Shown here one piece after another: positions 28,057-33,896 of a stretch of 33,896 nucleotides of DNA. The position numbers were made by a program, and so were the translations under genes. Within the stretch, counting starts at the first letter, position 1, and each line of letters opens with the position of its first letter. The stretch spans positions 1 to 33,896 of the forward strand of contig MRSU01011300.1 of the NCBI GenBank assembly GCA_008369845.1, written 5' to 3'. The notes beneath the pieces were generated by a model that was given only the letters and a program-made list of their open reading frames with translations, made no database searches and was not told where the DNA came from. Source of the stretch: Trichomonas gallinae. Lineage: Eukaryota.

Positions 28057-28851
28057 ATGAGCACACTTCGCCAAATCCAAACTCTTCGCAAGGAGCGTCT
28101 TAGATTGATAGACAACTGCGATTTCGATCAAGCTGAAGTCCTTGAAAAGAGAATCAATGATATCATTAATGAGAGAAATCTTCATAATGATCAGCTCGTT
28201 ATTGATCTCAATAAATCAAAGTACAACATTGAGAAAGAGACAATAAGGACAGAATCAAATGAGATCCACAATACGTTTAAGACAAGGGCCTTCGAAATCC
28301 ATGGAAAGTTCCAGAAACGCCGAAGATTCCTTCAAGAGGCTCATGCAAACTATCTTGCTCAGCTCGCTACAAAATATGCTAACGATCTCGAGCTCGAAAC
28401 AACACGTAACGTCGTCCAGGCAGATAATTTGATCCAAGAAGCCAAGGGCCGCGCACAAGCGAGCAATTACGCGGAAGCCAAGCGTCTCTATGCTGAAGCC
28501 ACTGAAATCAAGGAGAAGGTCATGATCGAAAGACAGCAAAATCTCAAGGCCAAATATGATAAGATCATTGACGAGGTTGAAAAGAAGAACGAAGAAGAGC
28601 TCGCTGCCCTCGACAGGAAGGAACAAGAAGCTCTTGATTTGCTTCAGAATGAATATCAAACTGAAATGAAGAATCTTGACACAAAGCTTCAGACACAATC
28701 AGTTCGCTTGGGAACAACACGCGATCTCGAAGATGAACAGCGCATGTTCCACAAACTTAATTTTGATTTCCCATCATCAAGAAGCTCCGCTGAAACATCC
28801 ATCAAGATTGATCTTTCAGACTCTCTTCGCAGGACAACACACCTCTACTAA
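28057..28851 (+). CDS. Coiled-coil protein with N-terminal UVR-like helical hairpin motif (264 aa)
   Basis: LRKERLRLIDNCDFDQAEVLEKRI resembles the UVR motif, with a second similar unit at AKGRAQASNYAEAKRLYAEA. The rest is E/K/Q/R helical. The stop codon overlaps TAAA. Confidence 0.85.
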   Translation: MSTLRQIQTLRKERLRLIDNCDFDQAEVLEKRINDIINERNLHNDQLVIDLNKSKYNIEKETIRTESNEIHNTFKTRAFEIHGKFQKRRRFLQEAHANYLAQLATKYANDLELETTRNVVQADNLIQEAKGRAQASNYAEAKRLYAEATEIKEKVMIERQQNLKAKYDKIIDEVEKKNEEELAALDRKEQEALDLLQNEYQTEMKNLDTKLQTQSVRLGTTRDLEDEQRMFHKLNFDFPSSRSSAETSIKIDLSDSLRRTTHLY

Positions 28852-28905
28852 ATTACTATTTGTATTATTTTTTTTTATTCTTTAATATTCCAATATTCAC
28901 ACCAG

Positions 28906-29457
28906 ATGCACACTATTCTCTTTCTTTATGGCCAATACATTTTATTCAATACATCTTTCAAAATAAGTATTGATGTAGCAATGGTGATTGCTCAGCAAAT
29001 ACTTAAAAAGCTCAAAGCACAGATTGAATTATACCATATTCTATCAAAGAGGTTTTCCTGTTCAACTCCATAGAGATTGATAAAATATCAAAATAATATT
29101 GTTCAACAATGACGATATGCAGTTCAATTTCAACGATGAAATGAAGCTTATCATATACTTTCTCGGTCATAAGCTTTTACTGACCTCTGCATTGAAAAAT
29201 CCAGGAAGATAAAAGAAAATAACAGTATTCAAAAGCGCGAGTTCATTGAATATATGAACATGTTCAAAATCGCAAATGATGCAACTTCGAGGGTTTTGGT
29301 TGAAAACACTTCTAAGATATTGTTTCAAACATTGCAAAACTTATGTATACAAACTATAAATGATATACATATATATGGTATACCATACATATTAATGTTT
29401 CTTGAATGTAAGCAATGTAACTCATTATTCAGCGTTGGTTTTTCTGAAAGACTCTGA
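28906..29457 (+). pseudogene. Possible decayed ORF: 184 codons in one frame with four internal stops
   Basis: TCACA at 28897-28901, ATG at 28906, internal stops at 29071, 29110, 29137 and 29170, then an open 94-codon run that includes the 29254-29457 track ORF. No family recognised. Confidence 0.35.
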
Positions 29458-29703
29458 GAAATTGCTTTACACTTTGCATGCATTATATAGACACGTTGAA
29501 AATGATATATATAAAATATCTAAGGATTTAAACAATTAGAAGTTGAGATTTTTCTCCAAAATTTCTCCAAAACATGAAAAATCGTGTATATATAACTAGA
29601 TAAATCTGTATATGGAATAAAAAAGTACGTTTTTTAATAACGAAGTAAAGAAAACGGAGTCATTCAATTTTTTGAGAATTTGTACGTTTTCTATCTATTG
29701 GTG

Positions 29704-31176
29704 ATGACGCAGCGCGTTACCAGGCAGATGTTCGAACGCCGCTACGAGCAGAGAGCTCGTGACGAAGCCATGTATTCTGTATATCAAGCGAAAATAAAAG
29801 CCGAGCAAGCAGACAAAGTGCAACAAGAAACGGATGAGAGATCAGCTCTACGTCGCAAAGCAGCCAGACAGCGCATAGCTGACGAGGAATTTGCGATGGC
29901 TGAGAAGATCTACAACCAGCAAAAGGCATACGAAACAAGGCGTCGCGAGATGGAGGAGCAAGATGCAATCGCACAAGCTTTAGCTGAACAAACTCAAGCT
30001 GAAGTTCGTGATCAGAAAATGCGTGCTCTCCTCCGTGAAAATGATGCCGAAATCCGCGAACTCAAGTCGAAATTACAAACAGCCTTAATCACACAGACCC
30101 GCGACAAGCAAATCAAGGAGGCCGAGAAGCGCCGTAAAGAAGAACAACAGGAAAGAATCGAAGAAGAACAGATGATGATGCGCAATTATCGCCGCGAAGA
30201 AGCAGCCCGCGCAATGGAGGAGGAAGCCAAGCACGCCAACTCCCTTGCAACACGCGCATTTATTCAGGAGCAGCTTCGCGACAAAGAGCGCAGACGCCAA
30301 CTTCTCGAAGTCGCCGAGAGAAAACGCGACGAGCAGCAAGTCAACGAAATCGTTGCCCGCGTCCAGCGCGAAGACGCTGAGCGTGAGGCCGCTTACCGCC
30401 AGAAACAGCAGCGCAATTATGCAGAGATGAAGGAATTCATGGCTGCAAGACAAGCAATGAAGGAGCGCGAGCGCCAGGAGCAAGAAGAAGAGAACCGCAA
30501 GATAGCAGAGTTCTCAATGAACGTAGACGAGCGTCTCCGCCGCGCTCAGGAAGAACAGAAGCGCCGCGACGCACAGCGCGAAGCAATCGGCCGCCGCATC
30601 GCAGAGGACATCCACCGCAAGCAGAAGGAGGACGAAGAGTACGAGCAGCTCTGCCTTGACCTCGCGGAACAACAGGAACTCCAGAAATTGCAGGACAGAG
30701 AAAAAGCGGAAGCAGAAAAGATCAAGCGCCAAATCGAAGACTGCAAAATCTTCATGGAGCAGTCTCTCAGAGCTAAGGCTGCAGAGAAAGAGCGCACGAG
30801 GATCGCTGAGCTCAAGCTCAAGCAACAGATGGCGGAAGAACAGAAGAGACTCAACGAGCTCGCGGCTGTTGAACAAGAAAACGCGAGAATCAAGAACGAG
30901 AAGTACCGCAGAGAGTTGACAAGACAGATGCTCCAGAAGAGGGAGATGTACGAGGCGGCGAGAGCACAGGAGCTCAGGAAGCTCCAGCTCGAGCAGGAGA
31001 GAGAAGACGAGAGACAGAGGATTCTCAACGAAGAAAGAAGGAAACTGGTCATCAACCACATTCTTTCTATGGGTGCGGACGCTGTCAAGTATTTGCCACA
31101 AGGTGTCCTCAAGGAGGAGGATTTGGACTACTTGCCGGAAGAATACAGAATTGCTATTCTCAACACAAAGATTTAA
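29704..31176 (+). CDS. MNS1: Meiosis-specific nuclear structural protein 1 homologue (TPH-domain axonemal microtubule inner protein), 490 aa
   Basis: Long E/R/Q/K helix with MNS1-type motifs LRENDAEIRELKSKLQTA...RDKQIKE and C-terminal ILNEERRKLV...KYLPQGVLKEEDLDYL. First ATG at 29704 (the track start at 29680 is TTG). TCATT at 29660-29664. Confidence 0.88.
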   Translation: MTQRVTRQMFERRYEQRARDEAMYSVYQAKIKAEQADKVQQETDERSALRRKAARQRIADEEFAMAEKIYNQQKAYETRRREMEEQDAIAQALAEQTQAEVRDQKMRALLRENDAEIRELKSKLQTALITQTRDKQIKEAEKRRKEEQQERIEEEQMMMRNYRREEAARAMEEEAKHANSLATRAFIQEQLRDKERRRQLLEVAERKRDEQQVNEIVARVQREDAEREAAYRQKQQRNYAEMKEFMAARQAMKERERQEQEEENRKIAEFSMNVDERLRRAQEEQKRRDAQREAIGRRIAEDIHRKQKEDEEYEQLCLDLAEQQELQKLQDREKAEAEKIKRQIEDCKIFMEQSLRAKAAEKERTRIAELKLKQQMAEEQKRLNELAAVEQENARIKNEKYRRELTRQMLQKREMYEAARAQELRKLQLEQEREDERQRILNEERRKLVINHILSMGADAVKYLPQGVLKEEDLDYLPEEYRIAILNTKI

Positions 31177-31558
31177 TGTCTTTATTGCTTTTTTTTATTT
31201 ATTCTATAAAATAAATGGTAATTTTTTATCTGTGACTTGACAAATTAATCCCCTCTTTCTATTTCACTCATATTCATTAATTTTATTATCAAAATTTGAT
31301 TATTTCGAAATATAGCAATTTACACCTTAGTGAATAACTATATAAGATGATATAAATAAATTAGCAAATTAATTTTAGTTCAAAACCGTTTCAAAATTTG
31401 ATATATTTTGATATTTTTTCAAAAATGTTAATATAAATGGAAATAAGAAAGAATAAGATATTTATAGAGGTATATGTCCGAAATGTGGGTGAGTTTGCCT
31501 AAAAATGGATATTTTTGAGAAAGAAAAAACTAAATAATACAACTTTATGTAATTAAAA

Positions 31559-32734
31559 CTACATTGGAATATATCCGCCGTCTCTACTAAAGATCTCAAG
31601 CATGTCACTACGAAGATGAAGCAAGCCAAGAGAATCACCAATTGCCATCTTAAAGATAGGCGGTGGTGTGAGTAATCTTGAGCCCATGATACTGATAAGC
31701 TCGCGTTTGACTTTATCATAGACGACAGTAGCACCGAATTCGCGTGGAATCATGAATAAACCCATTTTATTGACGATACCATCAGTAATGACAAAAGATT
31801 CACCATCTGGTCTGATGTGGAAGCAGAACCACCAGTTTCTTTTGACTTCAAGAGCATAAACGTGCATATATTTTGAAGTACTTTCTCCACCGACCAAGAA
31901 AATGAATTCATCGGCAGGTATGAGGCATGAATCAGTCAAATCCGTGGGAGGTTCAGCTCCTCTCGTTTCGATTGATACGAATTTGTTTTGACCTGGATCA
32001 AAAACAAGGAGACCATGTGTCTTTGATGACCCATATACATAGTGGCATCCTTTGTAGCAGCAATGAGCAGCTTGTGGGCGTCCAGATTCTGTCGAATCAT
32101 ATTTAATCCATTCATTTGTATCGAAAGTTAAACGATAAACGCTTCCGTCTGACTGGCCATCGTAACCACCCCATACAAAAAGAGAGTTATCGCAGCTAAA
32201 GAAGATCGGATATGCTCTTGGTGACGGTGTATTGTTGAATTCGTATGGTGTAAGAGTTCCATCATCAATATTTATACTGTGGAGATCAGCGAAGTACTGT
32301 CCATCGCATGATCCTCCGAAAACAAACAGTTGTCGATTAATTAGAACTCCAGAGCAGCCAGTTCTTGGTCCTAGACACTCACGGCGCAAGTTACTCCATC
32401 TATTTTCCTTAATATCGAGTTGCCACGCATCATTTAGGCATGAACCCTTCTCGTCAGTTCCGTAAGCGATAATTAGTCTTTCTGTTTCTTCGTCGTAGCA
32501 ATAACATTGATCTAGTCGAGCAATTGGACTCACACCATCCCCGTAGAGCATAGACCACACTCCATGATACATAGTTTTAAGCAGAAGGCTTGGATGATTT
32601 TCGTCAGTCTCTGAATTTGCGTTACTTCGCTTAGAACTAGCGTAAGAATTGACTCTTTGCATGGTCATGGGGAAGTATGATGAATTGTCCATCATTTTTG
32701 GCTTATTCATCTGCGAAGATTCTTGATTGCCCAT
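31559..32734 (-). CDS. Kelch-repeat beta-propeller protein with N-myristoylation signal (391 aa)
   Basis: Kelch blades LFVFGGSCDGQYFADLH, LFVWGGYDG...FDTNEW, IFLVGG and CLNDAWQLDIKENRW. Starting at ATG 32734 gives MGNQES (MGxxxS). The upstream track codons are T/A homopolymers. Confidence 0.92.
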   Translation of the reverse strand: MGNQESSQMNKPKMMDNSSYFPMTMQRVNSYASSKRSNANSETDENHPSLLLKTMYHGVWSMLYGDGVSPIARLDQCYCYDEETERLIIAYGTDEKGSCLNDAWQLDIKENRWSNLRRECLGPRTGCSGVLINRQLFVFGGSCDGQYFADLHSINIDDGTLTPYEFNNTPSPRAYPIFFSCDNSLFVWGGYDGQSDGSVYRLTFDTNEWIKYDSTESGRPQAAHCCYKGCHYVYGSSKTHGLLVFDPGQNKFVSIETRGAEPPTDLTDSCLIPADEFIFLVGGESTSKYMHVYALEVKRNWWFCFHIRPDGESFVITDGIVNKMGLFMIPREFGATVVYDKVKRELISIMGSRLLTPPPIFKMAIGDSLGLLHLRSDMLEIFSRDGGYIPM

Positions 32735-33896
32735 TTTGTTATTTTTTTTGAAAAAAAAAAAGATTTTGTGCATCGTTTTTTTTTTTTTGTTTCATCGTTT
32801 TACTTTATTTAAATATATTTTAGTCTTATAATAAATATATATTAATTTCGTAACAATTTTTTTTTAATTAAAAGATATTAATATTATCATTGTGTATAAT
32901 GTAAAATCATTATATATATCACAATTTTTTATAAATTTTAATGACAAATTTCTAATCATTACAAAGAAACCTAAAAATATTAAATTAAGAATTAATATTA
33001 TATAAAAACATGTTTAATCAATAAAAATTCAAAATTTCCTTAGCAATTTTTTTAAAAAACAAAAAACTTTATATTATGATTATATATGATATAAAAACGT
33101 ATTTGGTCAATAAATTTTCTAAAATTCATTAATATATTTTGGGTATTAAAAAAAATATTAAATTATCAATATATATGATGTAAAAATGTGTCTGGTCCAT
33201 TAATTCTCAAATTTTCAATGGGAGAAACAGCGAACAAAGTCTCTCAATTTACAATTTTTGTCGAAAAGTTTGGCCAATATAAATATTTTTAATAGTGGCT
33301 TTAGTATATGGTTCATTTCATTTAGGTGCATATATTAGACATACTAAAATAGTTTGTTAACCATCATTTGTGTCAAAGAAAAATGTAAAATTCCTTTAAT
33401 AATCGCGTAGGAAAACACTCTAGGACCAATACACAAGGCGTGTGTCAATGATTCATACATACGTTAGGCCGCCAATGTGTGGTCAATAGTTATACCTTAT
33501 TTTCGAAGCTTTTGTAAACATTTCAATTCCCAAATCCGCAAAATTCGCTGATTTATTCAACCCAATTCTAGCAATATAGTGTACTAGGACTAATGCGTTT
33601 AACAATTTAAAAATACATGATTTAACCTTGAATTTACAAAATATTTTGAAATTTGCGAAATTCACATAAAATGCATTTTAAATTTGCAATTAAATAGATA
33701 TACTCCTGCACCACATAAATATCCACTGAACAAGATATTAATGTTAAAGAAAAGCTTGATTTGATTTGGAATTTTAAGGGATGGCTCAACCGTTTTTTTC
33801 TCGGGCCTAAAAAACTGGGTCTATCAGCCCCCATGTTTGCTTTAGTACGTCCAACAAAGTACAGATATGATGTACACTTCATTCTCTAGATCCCCA

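Noticed and set aside
30085..31112. 132-, 188- and 195-aa minus-strand ORFs
   Set aside because: Leu/Phe/Ser-rich antisense shadows of the E/K/R/Q-rich MNS1 CDS.
1..33896. A single functional gene cluster or novel multi-gene system
   Set aside because: The genes are functionally unrelated, mixed in orientation and mostly have their own promoter motifs; nothing in the sequence links them as one system.

Overview
This is eukaryotic, apparently intron-less genomic DNA, most likely from a parabasalid protist (Trichomonas or a close relative). That assignment is an inference from very AT-rich spacers, TCA(C/T)(T/A) initiators just upstream of ATGs, AAAGTGAC and AACGGTT core-promoter motifs, ACA/CCA/TTC/ATC codon bias, short MLxFLF-type signal peptides and Trichomonas-style R2R3 Myb and Pmp-like genes. 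About 14 single-exon genes can be supported: an ankyrin-repeat protein, a Diaphanous-related formin, a saposin-like protein, an R2R3 Myb, a 4EHP-like eIF4E, a 1007-aa type I membrane protein, a C2 plus P/Q/Y low-complexity protein, a SUT/SLC45-family MFS transporter, a Pmp-like Thr-rich surface protein, a small TM protein, a 62-aa coiled-coil microprotein, a UVR-like coiled-coil protein, MNS1 and a myristoylated kelch protein. Several track ORFs extend upstream into poly-A leaders, and I corrected those starts. I saw no rRNA, tRNA, CRISPR array or intact transposon, and I cannot support a coherent novel multi-gene system. The best leads are the sucrose-family transporter lacking the proton-coupling Asp, the non-canonical eIF4E, and several non-coding structures: a phased composite element upstream of Myb, a recurrent ATGAC motif with palindromes, a 34-bp dispersed repeat next to a stem-closed poly-T element, an orphan core promoter and decayed ORF relics.
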